DNA of 64,000 nt, from assembly GCA_002269645.1 (NCBI GenBank), contig NIVC01000445.1:1-64000 (forward strand), given 5' to 3'. Below the pieces are notes generated by a model. It saw only the letters and a list, made by a program, of their open reading frames with translations. It was not told the origin of the DNA and searched no databases. Positions within the stretch are counted from its first letter, which is position 1. Every line of letters begins with the position of its first letter. Positions 42,401-55,095 of the stretch are shown here, piece after piece. This DNA comes from Macrostomum lignano (lineage: Eukaryota). The position numbers and the translations under genes are program-made.

Positions 42401-45400
42401 CTGTCTTTTCCTAGAAAATATACTTTTGAAACTTAATGTGTTGTGATTTCCTTGAAAATTTAAATCTAATCCCATCTTTTTTCCTAGAAAATTTGAAAAC
42501 TTAATATTTTCTGATTTCCCGAAAAATTTCAAAAAATCAAATTCTATTGCATCCCACTTATCCTAAATCTCATTTAAATTCTTGGAAAGTTGTCAGAATT
42601 GCTAGAAAATTATGAAACTCAATGTCACAGCATTATTGAGCTGTTTTTTCTTATCCTAAGCTTTAAAATGTTAAGAGTATTCACAGATCTAACTCATTTC
42701 TTTATACTTTCACACTAACAAACTGTCTGATTCTCCCGTTGTAGGTGGCTGTCAAAGATCCAGCTAGACTACAGTCACAATAAGTACCGAGTCAACCTGA
42801 TGAAGACCCAGGTGCAGCGCAGCCTCCGGGCACACGAATTGCTCCAGCAGGCCGAGCGATCGCCCTATCTGTACGCCAGAGCCTTGGCCGAAATTGTCCG
42901 GCGCAGATCTTTCGCTAAAAAATACAATGAGGTTAATTTAAAATTTCCTGTTTTCATATTTACAAGGGCGAGATATAGAATCTAGTACAGGACTGCGAGC
43001 TGGAGAGAGAAGATGAGAGAGGGAATAGTGAAAATAGAAGAGAGAAGAGAGGACAGGTAAGAGAAGAGAGTGAAGGGGGAGGGGAGGGAGAGGGGAGGGG
43101 AGAGTAGGGGTGAGGGAAAGAGGCGAGAGGAGAGGTGAGGGAAAGAGAGGAGGGGAGATAAGAAGTGAGGGGAGAGGTGAGTGGAGAGGTGAGGGAGAGA
43201 GGAGAGGTGAGGGAAAGAGGTGAGAGGAGAGGTGAGGGAAAGAGGTGAGAGGAGAGGTGAGGGAAAGAGGTGAGAGGAGAGGTGAGGGAAAGAGGTGAGG
43301 AAAAGAGGTGGGAGGAGAGGTGAGGGAAAGAGGTGAGAGGAGAGGTGAGGAAAAGAGGTGAGAGGAGAGGTGAGGGAAAGAGGCGAGAGGAGAGGTGAGG
43401 GAAAGAGGTGAGAGGAGAGATGAGGGAAAGAGGTGAGAGGAGAGGTGAGGGAAAGAGGTGAGAGGAGAGGTGAGGAAAAGAGGTGAGAGGAGAGGTGAGG
43501 AAAAGAGGTGAGAGGAGATAAGAAGTAAGGGGAGAGGTGAGTGGAGAGGTGAGGAAAAGAGGTGAGAGGAGAGGTGAGGAAAAGAGGTGAGAGGAGATAA
43601 GAAGTAAGGGGAGAGGTGAGTGGAGAGGTGAGGGAAAGAGGCGAGAGGTGAGGTGAGGGAAAGAGGCGAGAGGAGAGGTGAGGTGAGGGAAAGAGGCGAG
43701 AGGAGAGGTGAGGGAAAGAGGTGAGAGGAGAGGTGAGGGAAAGAGGTGAGAGGAGAGGTGAGGGAAAGAGGTGAGAGGAGAGGTGAGGGAAAGAGGTGAG
43801 AGGAGAGGTGAGGGAAAGAGGTGAGAGGAGAGGTGAGGAAAAGAGGTGAGAGGAGAGGTGAGGGAAAGAGGTGAGTGGAGAGGTGAGGGAAAGAGAGGAG
43901 GGGAGATAAGAAGTGAGTGGAGAGGTGAGGGAAAGAGGCGAGAGGAGAGGTGAGGGAAAGAGGGGAGGGGAGATAAGAAGTGAGGGGAGACGAGAGGAGA
44001 GGTGAGGGAAAGAGGGGAGGGGGGATAAGAAGTGAGGGGAGAGGTGAGTGGAGAGGTGAGGGGAGACGAGAGGAGAGGTGAGGGAAGAGGAGGCGGGACA
44101 GAGAAGAGGGGGAGATAAGAGATGAGATGAGAGTTTCAAAGGACCCGAGTGCCGGATAGAGAAGAGGCTTTGCGGGCCGAAGTTTTCCGAACCCTGCTAT
44201 ATATTATCGAAATACTTTCTATTCAGTAATAAAAATAGTTCAGAGAAGCGAGGTAACTGTCGCTAATCATGCCCATTCCGGCTCACACAGGGTGTACACA
44301 GCGGCTCTGACTTTCTAATCGTCAGGCATGTACAGTCTCTGTGCCTTAGAGGAGGAGTCAGTGATTTGCATAGCAACACAATGAATCCCTAATCAATTTC
44401 AACAGTGGACTCGCAGTCTATCGTCCGACTCGTCTAAACTGCACGATCGGGAGCGCACAGTCAGGAAGGAGCTGGCCCACACCCTGCGCAGCCACCTGCT
44501 CCGGTCGCTGTTCACCTCCTTGGCCTATCGCAGCCTGAGCTTCGCAACCAAACCGCCAGAAGACCTGGACACAGGCCTGCCTCGGGTCACCCGATCAGAT
44601 CTGGAAGCTCTGGCTGTCCGGGTGCCCGAACTGCGGCCGCATCTCATTCTGCGCGAGAATGTGCCAGCCGAGGAGGTGTTTCGGAAATTTCGCCGCTTGG
44701 CGGAAGTTGCCGCAGCTTCCAGGTAAGAAATCATTTTAATCTGTTTCTGTTATGTCTGTGCTTCTAGACAGGCACCGGTGTGGAGCAATTTTAGCTTTTA
44801 AACTACCTAGCTTTCAATCTACCTAATCTACCCGATCTACCTAATCTACCCAATCTACTCAATCTACCCTATCTATTCAATCTACCCAATCTACCTAATC
44901 TACTCAATCTACCTATCTATCTAATCTATCCAGTCTACCCAATCTACCTAATCTACCCAATCTACTCAATCTACCCTATCTATTCAATCTACCCAATCTA
45001 CCTAATCTACTCAATCTACCTATCTATCTAAACTACTCAGTCTACCCAATCTACATAATCTACTCGATCTACCTAATCTATCCAGTCTACCCAATCTACC
45101 TAATCTACCCAATCTACCTATCTACTTAAACTACTCAGTCTACCCAATCTACTGAATCTACCCTATCTATTCAATCTACCCAATCTACTCGATCTACCTA
45201 ATTTACTCGATCTACCCAATCTATCCAGTCTACCCAATCTACCTAATCTACCTATCTACCTAAACTACTCAGTCTACCCAATCTACATAATCTACCCTAT
45301 CTATTCAATCTACCCAATCTACCTAATCTACTCGATCTACCTAATCTACTCGATCTACCCTATCTATTCAATCTACCCAATCTACCTAATCTACTCGATC

Positions 45401-47313
45401 TACTTAATCTACTCGATCTACTCAGTCTTCCCGATCTACCCAATCTACTCGATCTACCTAATCTTCTCGATCTACCCAATCTACCCAATCTATTCAATCT
45501 ATCCAATCTACTCGATCTACTCAGTCTACTCAATCTACCTAATCTACCTATCTACTTAAACTACTCAGTCTACTCAGTCTACTCAATCTACCCTATCTAT
45601 TCAATCTACTCGATCTACTCGGTCTACTCAATCTACCTAATCTACCTATCTACCTAAACTACTCAGTCTACCCAATCTACTCAATCTACCCTATCTATTC
45701 AATCTACCTAATTTACCTAATCTACTCGATCTACTTAATCTACCCGATCTACCTAATCTACTCGATCTACTCAGTCTACTCAATCTACCTAATCTACCTA
45801 TCTACCTAAACTACTCAGTCTACCCAATCTACTCAATTTACCCTATCTATTCAATCTACCTAATCTATCTATCTACCTTAACTACTCAGTCTACCCAATC
45901 TACTCAATCTACCCAATCTATTCAATCTACCCAATCTACATATTCTACTCGATGTACCCAATCTACCTAATCTACCTATCTACTTAAACTACTCAGTCTA
46001 CTCAGTCTACTCAATCTACCCTATCTATTCAATCTACTCGATCTACTCGGTCTACTCAATCTACCTAATCTACCTAAACTACTCAGTCTACCCAATCTAC
46101 ATAATCTACCCTATCTATTCAATCTACCCAATCTACCTAATTTACTCGATCTACCTAATCTACTCGATCTACCCTATCTATTCAATCTACCCAATCTACC
46201 TAATCTACTCGATCTACTTAATCTACTCGATCTACTCAGTCTTCCCGATCTACCCAATCTACTCGATCTACCTAATCTTCTCGATCTACCCAATCTACCC
46301 AATCTATTCAATCTATCCAATCTACTCGATCTACTCAGTCTACTCAATCTACCTAATCTACCTATCTACTTAAACTACTCAGTCTACTCAGTCTACTCAA
46401 TCTACCCTATCTATTCAATCTACTCGATCTACTCGGTCTACTCAATCTACCTAATCTACCTATCTACCTAAACTACTCAGTCTACCCAATCTACTCAATC
46501 TACCCTATCTATTCAATCTACCTAATTTACCTAATCTACTCGATCTACTTAATCTACCCGATCTACCTAATCTACTCGATCTACTCAGTCTACTCAATCT
46601 ACCTAATCTACCTATCTACCTAAACTACTCAGTCTACCCAATCTACTCAATCTACCCTATCTATTCAATCTACCTAATCTACCTATCTACCTAAACTACT
46701 CATTCTACCCAATCTACTCAATCTACCCTATCTATTCAATCTACCCAATCTGCCTAATCTACTCGATCTGCCTAATCTACTCGATCTACCTAATCTACTC
46801 GATCTACCTAATCTACTCATTCTACCCAGTCTACCCAATCTACCTAATTTACCTAATCTACCCAATCTACCTAATTTACCTAATCTACTCAATCTACGAG
46901 TGCTCAATCTATCCAATCGATCCGCAGGCAGCTGCCCCGGCGCCACAGCGTCGGCTTGGGCGGTCCGCCTGATTTCGTCGACTACCCAGACGTCGACTCG
47001 GCCGACGCTACACGCGCTTCAGCCGACGCAGACTCCTCCACAGGTGTCATCAGGCCACGCTCCTGCGGCAGTGTCGAGTTTCTGATTGGCCCTTGTAGCT
47101 TGCGCACTGGCGCCCAGCACCAGCAGCACCCGCAGCCGCCTCCGATACACGAGAGCCACAGCGCCGTGGACTTTGCCAGCACCAGCCCAGGCGTTGGGGC
47201 GCGCGGCGGCTACAGCAGGCCGATCTCGTTTCCTGCGAGTAGGCTGCTCTGCGGGTTAGGGGAGTCTAGACGGTGAGTTGCTACCAGTACTGATGCTGCT
47301 ACTACTACGCTCG

Positions 47314-47358
<45 letters not shown>

Positions 47359-50300
47359 CACTAATGCTACTACTACTAGTACTACTACAAATATTACTAT
47401 TATTATTAAATACACATGACTATGAAATAGAAATCTAATATTTTGCATCCCCCGGGAAAACCTGCCAGCTCTCGCGTACTGTCAGTGGACACCTTCGACA
47501 GCGGCTCGCAGAATTTTCTCTGCGAGGAGGACTTCGCCGATCCGTTGCTGTTGGTGCAGCCGCGGACAACTGCCGAAGACGCCAGCCAGCCCGTGGACAT
47601 CCCAGTCCGTCGGCGAGTTCGCACCATCACCGAGGGCTCCTCGGCCAGCCTGTCCTCCCTGCCCGTGACTCTCAACATATCTCCGGGTGGTGAAGACTTC
47701 TACACTTGCCCGGACTTCAGCAAAGCCGCCGCCCCGGCCGGACAGTTGGTCCCGGGTTCGAGCTCCTCGGCTAGTATGTCTGGCGATACGCCGCGTAGTC
47801 CGCTGTACTTCGGCCGATACTGCGTAGGCCAGACACCGCCGCCGCCGCAGCAGCAGCAACAGGATTGCGTCAACTGCGCCAATCTGCGCCGCTCCGTAAC
47901 TGATTGCGCCACCTCTGCCGGTCGCATCATCGCTGAGCTGCGCGAAGATCTCGCCGACACTCGACGTCGCCTAGCCGACGCTACCGGCGAGTTCGGCCGC
48001 TGGACCGCTGATCTGAACAGCTGGCTGGCCGGGGCCGAGGCCTCTGTGCGGCGCGAACAGGAGGCTAAATTAGCCGAGCTGAAAGACGAGGTGTCCACTG
48101 TTACTAGGGAGCTGCACGAGTACGCTGATCAGCTTAGCGTGAGTGCGCTTTGTTTATTTTAGTCTATGGCCCAAACCTGTACTATGTATATAAGCATGTA
48201 TTTAGTCTATGGCCCAAACCTGTATGATGTATATAAGCATGTATTTAGTCTATGGCCCAAACCTGTATGATGTATATAAGTATGTATTTAGTCTATGGCC
48301 CAAACCTGTACTGTGTATATAAGCATGTATCTAGTCTATGGCCCGAACCTGTATGATGTATATAAGCATATATCTAGTCTATGTCCCGAACCTGTATTAT
48401 GTATATAAGCCTGTACCTACTATATGGCCCAATCCTGTATTATAGCAGATTTTCCTACATATGGTATTATCCAAATCTACAGTAGGATGGTTTTTAATCA
48501 TAGCTATAAGTAGCACTCTGTTTCAAATTTATTTCACACTGCCCAGGTGGCAAACGCCGACTACGATAGAGCGGTTGCCGACCACCAGGACCAGCTGCAG
48601 CGCCAGCAAGACCAGGCCGCCGCCGAATTGGACGCGCTGAATCGGCGCCTGCTAGTTGAGCACGAACTGGAGCAGGAGAACATGCGCAGCGAGCTGACTA
48701 GCCGCTTGCGCGATCTTGAAGAGGAGAACAATCGGCAGCGATATTACCTGGAGGAGGCTCAGCGCAAACTTGAAGCGGCTGTTAATGAGCGGAATAAGTT
48801 AGTGTTTTATTCTAATATTCCCCCCCCTGAGAATCGATCCGAATTGCCCCTGGGAATCAATCCGAATTCCCCCAGAGAATCAATCCGAATTCCCCACAGA
48901 GAATCGATCCGAATTCCTCAGAGAATCAATCCGAATTTTCCCTGAGAATCAATCTAAATTCCCCCTGAGAATTAATCCCGAATTCCCCCAGAGAATCAAT
49001 CTAAATTCCCCCCTGAGAGTCAATCCGAATCCCCCCTGGAAGTCAATCTAAATTCCCTTAGAGAATCAATCCGAATTCCCCCTGAGATTCAATCCTAATT
49101 CCCTCAGAAAATCAATGCGAATTACCCTAGAAAATCAATCAGAATTCCCCCAGAAAATCAATCCGAATTCCCCCAGAAAATCAATCCGAATTATTCTGAG
49201 AATCAATCTAAATTCCATCCTGATAATCAATCTAAATTCCCCCAGAGAATCAATTCGAATTCCCCCCGGATAATCGATCCGAATTCCCCCTGAGAATCAA
49301 TCCGAATTCCCCCCGGATAATCAATCCGAATTCTCCCTGAGAATCAATCCGAATTCTCTCTGAGAATCAATTCGAATTCCTCCAAAAAATCAATCCGAAT
49401 TCTCCCTGAGAATCAATCCGAATTCTCGCTGAGAATCAATCCGAATTCTCCCTGAGAATCAATCCGAATTCTCCCTGAGAATCAATTCGAATTCCTCCAA
49501 AAAATCAATCCGAATTTCCCCCGGATAATCAATCCGAATTCTCTCTGAGAATCAATCCGAATTCTCCCTGAGAATCAATCCGAATTCTCCCTGAGAATCA
49601 ATCCGAATTCTCTCTGAGAATCAATTCGAATTCCTCCAAAAAATCAATCCGAATTCTCGCTGAGAATCAATCCGAATTCTCCCTGAGAATCAATCCGAAT
49701 TCTCCCTGAGAATCAATCCGAATTCTCCCTGAGAATCAATCCGAATTCTCCCTAAGAATCAATCCGAATTCTTTGTCTGTGTCTGTGTTTCTGTGTTTCT
49801 GAGAATCAATCCGAATTCTCCCTGAGAATCAATCCGAATTCTCCCTGAGAATCAATCCGAATTCTCCCTGAGAATCAATCCGAATTCTCCCTGAGAATCA
49901 ATCCGAATTCTCCCTGAGAATCAATCCGAATTCCTCCAAAAAATCAATCCGAATTCTCCCTGAGAATCAATCCGAATTCCTCCAAAAAATCTATCCGAAT
50001 TCTCCCTGAGAATCAATTCGAATTGCCCCGAGAACTAAAAGTGAAGTTCCCTAAAAATCCCCATAATACCCCATTCTACCCGCCCCTTCACCCGCGCAGA
50101 GCCACCAACAATGACCAAGTGTGGCGGGATCGTCTCGAACGAGCCAAAGCTGAAAGTGCCCAGTTAGTTGAAAAATTGAAGCATAGCAACCGCCTAGAGA
50201 CAGAGAACGCGCTTCAAGACCAGCGCCTACGTCACGAACAAGAACTGGAGGAGCTCAGACGCGAGAATCAGGAACTGTCCGGCGCCCTAGCGGAACTGCG

Positions 50301-53300
50301 CTCGGCCAGTCCGACTCCGGCCGAAACTAAGGACGCAAAAATTCGCGAACTGGAGCAGCGCCTGGCCGATTTGAATCGGCAAATGATGCGCGATCACGAG
50401 CTGATGCGCCGGTTGCATCAGCGGGCTAGCGGCAGCGGCGGTGACAGTCAGAGTCCGCTATCGACATCGCCTGTTGTTCCCAGTCGGCTGGCGCAGCAGT
50501 CGGCGGCGGCTGCATCGGCGGCGGTGACCACATCTGGGCACGCTGATCTTCAACTGCACGGCCAGCAGCTCAGTCAGCAGCTTCAACAGTCCACCTCGGT
50601 TGCCGTGACCTCTGTGTACGTGTCTACTGAGCCCAGTGAGCAGTCGTCCGCCAGCGCGGCGCACTCTCTATCCGGCGCTCCGGATCGCAACGTCTGCCTG
50701 TGTCATTGCGGATTTCGCAAAGGTGACACTGTACTTTTATATTATTCTCACGCGCACGAGCAGTGGACTCTGTACTGCTCGGATGGCGGTTTGTACTTTG
50801 TGAAAGATTCAACATTGGGCACGTTAAGTCTGCCGGCTCACCTGCCTGTTGGGCACAGTCAGCCTATTATGCTGGCCGAGTTCCAGTCCAAGGAGCACTG
50901 CCAGACTAGAAAGGTGAGCGCTGCTCGTCTGCTTTTAGTACCTATTATTGATTACTTGAGCTCTGTTTTTGTGCCCCGATGCAATCTTTCTCTATCTCTA
51001 CACTGATTTACTGCCCTCTGTCCCGATCTTCCCGATCTAATCTCTCTCTGTCCCGATCTAATCTCTCTCTGTCCCCATCTAATCTCTCTCTTCCCGATCT
51101 AATCTCTCTCTGTCCCCATCTAATCTCTCTCTGTCCCCATCTAATCTCTCTCTGTCCCCATCTAATCTCTCTCTGTCCCCATCTAATCTCTGTCTTCCCG
51201 ATCTAATCTCTCTCTGTCCCCATCTAATCTCTCTCTGTCCCCATCTAATCTCTCTCTGTGCCCATCTAATCTCTCTCTGTCCCCATCTAATCTCTCTCTG
51301 TCCCGATCTAATCTCTCTCTGTGCTGATCTAACCTCTTTGTCCTGATCTAATCTACGAGTATGTCTGTCCCGATCTAATCTCTCTCTGTCCGGATCTAAT
51401 ATCTCTCTGTCCCCATCTAATATCTCTCTGTCCCGATCTAATCTCTCTCTGTCCGGATCTAATCTCTCTGTCCCGATCTAATCTCTCTCTGTCCGGATCT
51501 AATCTCTGTCTGTCCCGATCTAATCTCTCTCTGTCCGGATCTAATTAATCTGTCCTGATCTAATCTCTGTCTGTCCCGATCTAATCTCTCTCTGTGCTGA
51601 TCTAACCTCTCTGTCCTGATCTAATCTATGTCTTTCCCGATCTAATCTCGCTCTGTCCCCATCTAATCTCTCTGTGTCCCGATCTAATCTCTCTGTCCCG
51701 ATCTAATCTCTCTCTGTCTGTCCGGATCTAATATCTCTCTCCTGATCTGGAACTTAATTTCTCTGCACTCTGATCTAATCTCTTTCTACCCTGATCTAAT
51801 CTCTATTTTCGGATCTAATCTCGCTCTCTACTTTGGTTCATTCGCCATTTATTGACAGTCCGTGTTCGTTAAGAGTACTTCTTGTGCTTTTCTAGTGGAA
51901 AACACTAGCTACTAATAGAGAACGCAGTTAAAAGTGCATCCGAAATAGTTTTAAGTTCAGAGGGGAGCGGAGTGGAAAGTGGAGTAGGCCCAGCTATTGT
52001 ACAGGCCAGAATTGCGGCTCATTTTGAAAGTTCATCGGTGTACTTTTTCAGCTGCAGGAGCTGTGGTTAGAACAAGCTTAGAGTGGTGAAAGGAAAAGTC
52101 CAGCCACTGGCCTTGGACCAGAATTTTGACCTTATTTGTGCAGGCGCGCGTACTCTCTGGTGTTTTCAAGGTGCGCTTGTTTCTATCTGACTTTTTAGGG
52201 GGTCGCTGTTCTGTCACTGCGAACTTCTTCACCCATTTTTCTGGTGGAAAGCTGATTTACGTTTGCCTTTTTTCTAACATTTTTCCTTCTTTCTTGAAGA
52301 GTGAAGTAAAGTGTATGGCACCATGGTTAGTATGTGTGTTTTTTCTGTGTTTTAACCTGGCTTTTTTCACGCAATTATTAAAGAAATATGTTCTATCTCT
52401 CTTCTCTCACTCAGTGTACGCATGCAAAAATGCTATGCCGCTATACTAGGGGGAGGGGGGGTTCTGAACCCCTGGGCACGCGGGAAGGGAATGACCAAGG
52501 AGAGAGAGAGACAGGGTGAGGGCCTGCGCGGGGTTTTCTGGTTAGCTTCGGGTCGGGGGGGGCATAGAGTGCGCTTGAACTATTGTACACAGGTTAGTTG
52601 TGTGATGCTAAATTTAGAAACTCTTTCGGTATAACTGATTAAAGTAGGGAAATCCGCTCTTATATGCCTTTTTGTTATTGATTTCAAATTTGTGAAATCA
52701 TCAGCTATGGAATTAAAAGACATGTAGCTCTCTAAGAATCGTCCCTTCTACTTTCTAGGAATCGTCCCATCTACTCTCTAAGAATCAGCCCTTCTACTCT
52801 CTAAGAATCGCCCCTTCTACTCTCTAAGAATCAGCCCTTCTACTCTCTAAGAATCAGCCCTTCTACTCTCTAAGAATCGCCCTTCTACTCTCTAAGAATC
52901 AGCCCTTCTACTCTCTAAGAATCGTCCCTTCTACTTTCTAAGAATCGTCCCTTCTACTCTCTAAGAATCGCCCATCTACTCTCTAAAAATCGTCCCTTCT
53001 ACTCTCTAAGAATCGTCCCTTCTACTCTCTAAGAATCATCCCTTCTATTCTCTAAGAATCAGCCCTTCTACTCTCTATAAGCCGTCCCTTCTACTCTCTA
53101 AGAATCAGCCCTTCTACTTTCTAAGAATCGTCCCATCTACTCTCTAAGAATCGTCCCTTCTACTCTCTAAAAATCGTCCCATCTACTCTCTAAGAATCGT
53201 CCCTTCTACTCTCTAAGAATCAGCCCTTCTACTCTCTAAGAATCGTCCCATCTACTCTCTAAGAATCAGCCCTTCTACTCTCTAAGAATCGCCCTTCTAC

Positions 53301-54382
53301 TCTCTAAGAATCAGCCCTTCTGCTCTCTAAGAATCGCCCTTCTACTTTCTAAGAATCGTCCCTTCTACTCTCTAAGAATCCTCCCTTCTACTCTCTTAGA
53401 ATCAGCCCTTCTACTCTCTATAAGCCGTCCCTTCTACTCTTTAAGAATCAGCCCTTCTACTCTCTATAAGCCGTCCCTTCTACTCTCTAAGAATCAGCCC
53501 TTCTACTCTCTATAAGCCGTCCCTTCTACTCTCTAAGAATCAGCCCTTCTACTTTCTAAGAATCCTCCCATCTACTCTCTAAGAATCGTCCCTTCTACTC
53601 TCTAAGAATCGTCCCATCTACTCTCTAAGAATCGTCCCTTCTACTCTCTAAGAATCAGCCCATCTACTCTCTAAGAATCGCCCTTCTACTCTCTAAGAAC
53701 CAGCCCTTCTACTCTCTAAGAATCGTCCCTTCTACTTTCTAAGAATCAGCCCTTCTACTCTCTATAAGCCGTCCCTTCTACTCTCTAAGAATCAGCCCTT
53801 CTACTCTCTAAGAATCAGCCCTTCTACTCTCTAAGAATCGTCCCATCTACTCTCTAAGAATCGTTCCTTCTACTCTCTAAGAATCGTCCCTTCTACTTTC
53901 TAAGAATCGTCGCATCTACTCTCTAAGAATCGCCCTTCTACTCTCTAAGAACCAGCCCTTCTACTCTCTAAGAATCCTCCCTTCTACTCTCTAAGAATCG
54001 TCCCTTCTACTCTCTAAGAATCAGCCCTTCTACTCTCTAAGAATCGTCCCTTCTACTCTCTAAGAATCAGCCCTTCTGCTCTCTAAGAATCGTCCCTTCT
54101 ACTCTCTGAGAATCAGCCCTTCTGCTCTCTAAGAATCGTCCCTTCTACTCTCTAAGAATCGTCCCTTCTACTCTCTAAGAATCAGCCCTTCTACTCCTTA
54201 AACATCCCTATCTCCCTGCCGCATTCCAGTTCCCAAACAGGTTCCGCTTGCCGATGGGCACGAGATTCTATCGCTGCCACTTGCGCCTGCATCCGCTGTC
54301 CAATGCCCAGCTGTTCAGCAGCCTCAGTTATTCGTCATCGACTCCGCAGCTGACCAGCTCATCCGATCAGGACATTCAATGA
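39464..54382 (+). CDS. RB1CC1: RB1-inducible coiled-coil 1 / FIP200 / Atg11-Atg17-like autophagy scaffold, 1399 aa, 12 coding exons
   Basis: join(39464..39543,39911..40037,40328..40501,41002..41493,41617..42206,42745..42931,44406..44722,46928..47272,47469..48138,48547..48797,50100..50913,54230..54382), 4200 nt, phases compatible. IYIFLMDNG, QVLLASGG, NPIFLFN, QHLLHQGWLASLANL, NLHRRLKW, LAEIVRRR, coiled coils, Claw FRKGDTVLL..LYFV..KEHCQTRK|FPNRFRLPMGTRFYR. The exon 8/9 junction is the least certain. Confidence 0.92.
40570..40945. repeat. ~33-bp minisatellite in RB1CC1 intron 3
   Basis: GTAAGTTTTGAGGATTTGGGAAGATTTTTAGTGA variants. Confidence 0.93.
43010..44130. repeat. 25-bp polypurine minisatellite in RB1CC1 intron 6
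   Basis: GGAGAGGTGAGGGAAAGAGGTGAGA units. Confidence 0.97.
44280..44350 (-). mobile_element. 5'-truncated SINE family A (3' tail only)
   Basis: GCTCACACAGGGTGTACACAGCGGC..GACTTTCTAATCGTC..CATGTACA..GTGCCTT is nearly identical to 27250-27322. Confidence 0.75.
44815..46920. repeat. 9-bp-based degenerate satellite in RB1CC1 intron 7
   Basis: AATCTACCT / AATCTACCC / GATCTACTC / CAGTCTACC units with an ~814-bp internal duplication. Confidence 0.97.
47300..47400. repeat. (CTA)n microsatellite in RB1CC1 intron 8
   Basis: Direct inspection. Confidence 0.95.
48158..48430. repeat. 43-bp minisatellite in RB1CC1 intron 9
   Basis: TTTAGTCTATGGCCCAAACCTGTATGATGTATATAAGCATGTA, ~6 copies. Confidence 0.95.
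48830..50035. repeat. 23-bp minisatellite in RB1CC1 intron 10
   Basis: GAGAATCAATCCGAATTCTCCCT units; a short unrelated CTGTGT patch at ~49772-49800. Confidence 0.97.
51015..51825. repeat. ~22-bp pyrimidine-rich minisatellite in RB1CC1 intron 11
   Basis: CCGATCTAATCTCTCTCTGTC(C) variants. Confidence 0.96.
52725..54195. repeat. 23-bp minisatellite in RB1CC1 intron 11, ending ~35 nt before the last acceptor
   Basis: CTCTAAGAATCGTCCCTTCTACT / CTCTAAGAATCAGCCCTTCTACT units. Confidence 0.98.
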
Positions 54383-54504
54383 GGATAAACGGATCGGATA
54401 GTGGCTTGTCATATTGATTGATTTTTTGTGGTAACTGCTTATATACAGCTTATTTAATTTTGACTTCTTGTGTTTTATTAAACCACATCTAGTTATCAAC
54501 TTGG

Positions 54505-55095
54505 CTATCTGGCCCAGCCTAAATCCTTAGTGGGAGAATCAGGCTCTTGAAGACTTGCGCTGTTCATTGTCTATGGCCCAACCTACATGTAAATCCTTAG
54601 TGGGAGAATCTGCTATCAAAGACTTGCTGTTCATTGTCTATGGCCTAACCTAAATCCTTAGTGGGAGAATCTGCTATTGAAGACTTGCTGTTCATTGTCT
54701 ATGGCCCAACCTACATGTAAATCCTTAGTGGGAGAATCAGGCTGTTGAAGACTTGCGCTGTTCATTGTCTATGGCCCAACCTAAGTCCTTAGTGGGAGAA
54801 TCTGCTATCAAAGACTTGCTGTTCATTGTCTATGGCCCAACCTAAATCCTTAGTGGGAGAATCTGCTATCAAAGACTTGCTGTTCATTGTCTATGGCCCA
54901 ACCTAAATCCTTAGTGGGAGAATCTGCTATCAAAGAATTGCTGTTCATTGTCTATGGCCCAGCCTAAATCCTTAGTGGGAGAATCAGCTATTGAAGACTT
55001 GCTGTTCATTGTCTATGGCCCAACCTAAATCCTTAGTGGGAGAATCAGCTATTGAAGACTTCGTTTTCATTGTCTATGGTCCAGCCAAAATCTTT
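54505..55095. repeat. 61-bp minisatellite downstream of the RB1CC1 stop (~9 copies)
   Basis: AATCCTTAGTGGGAGAATCTGCTATCAAAGACTTGCTGTTCATTGTCTATGGCCCAACCTA. Confidence 0.96.
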
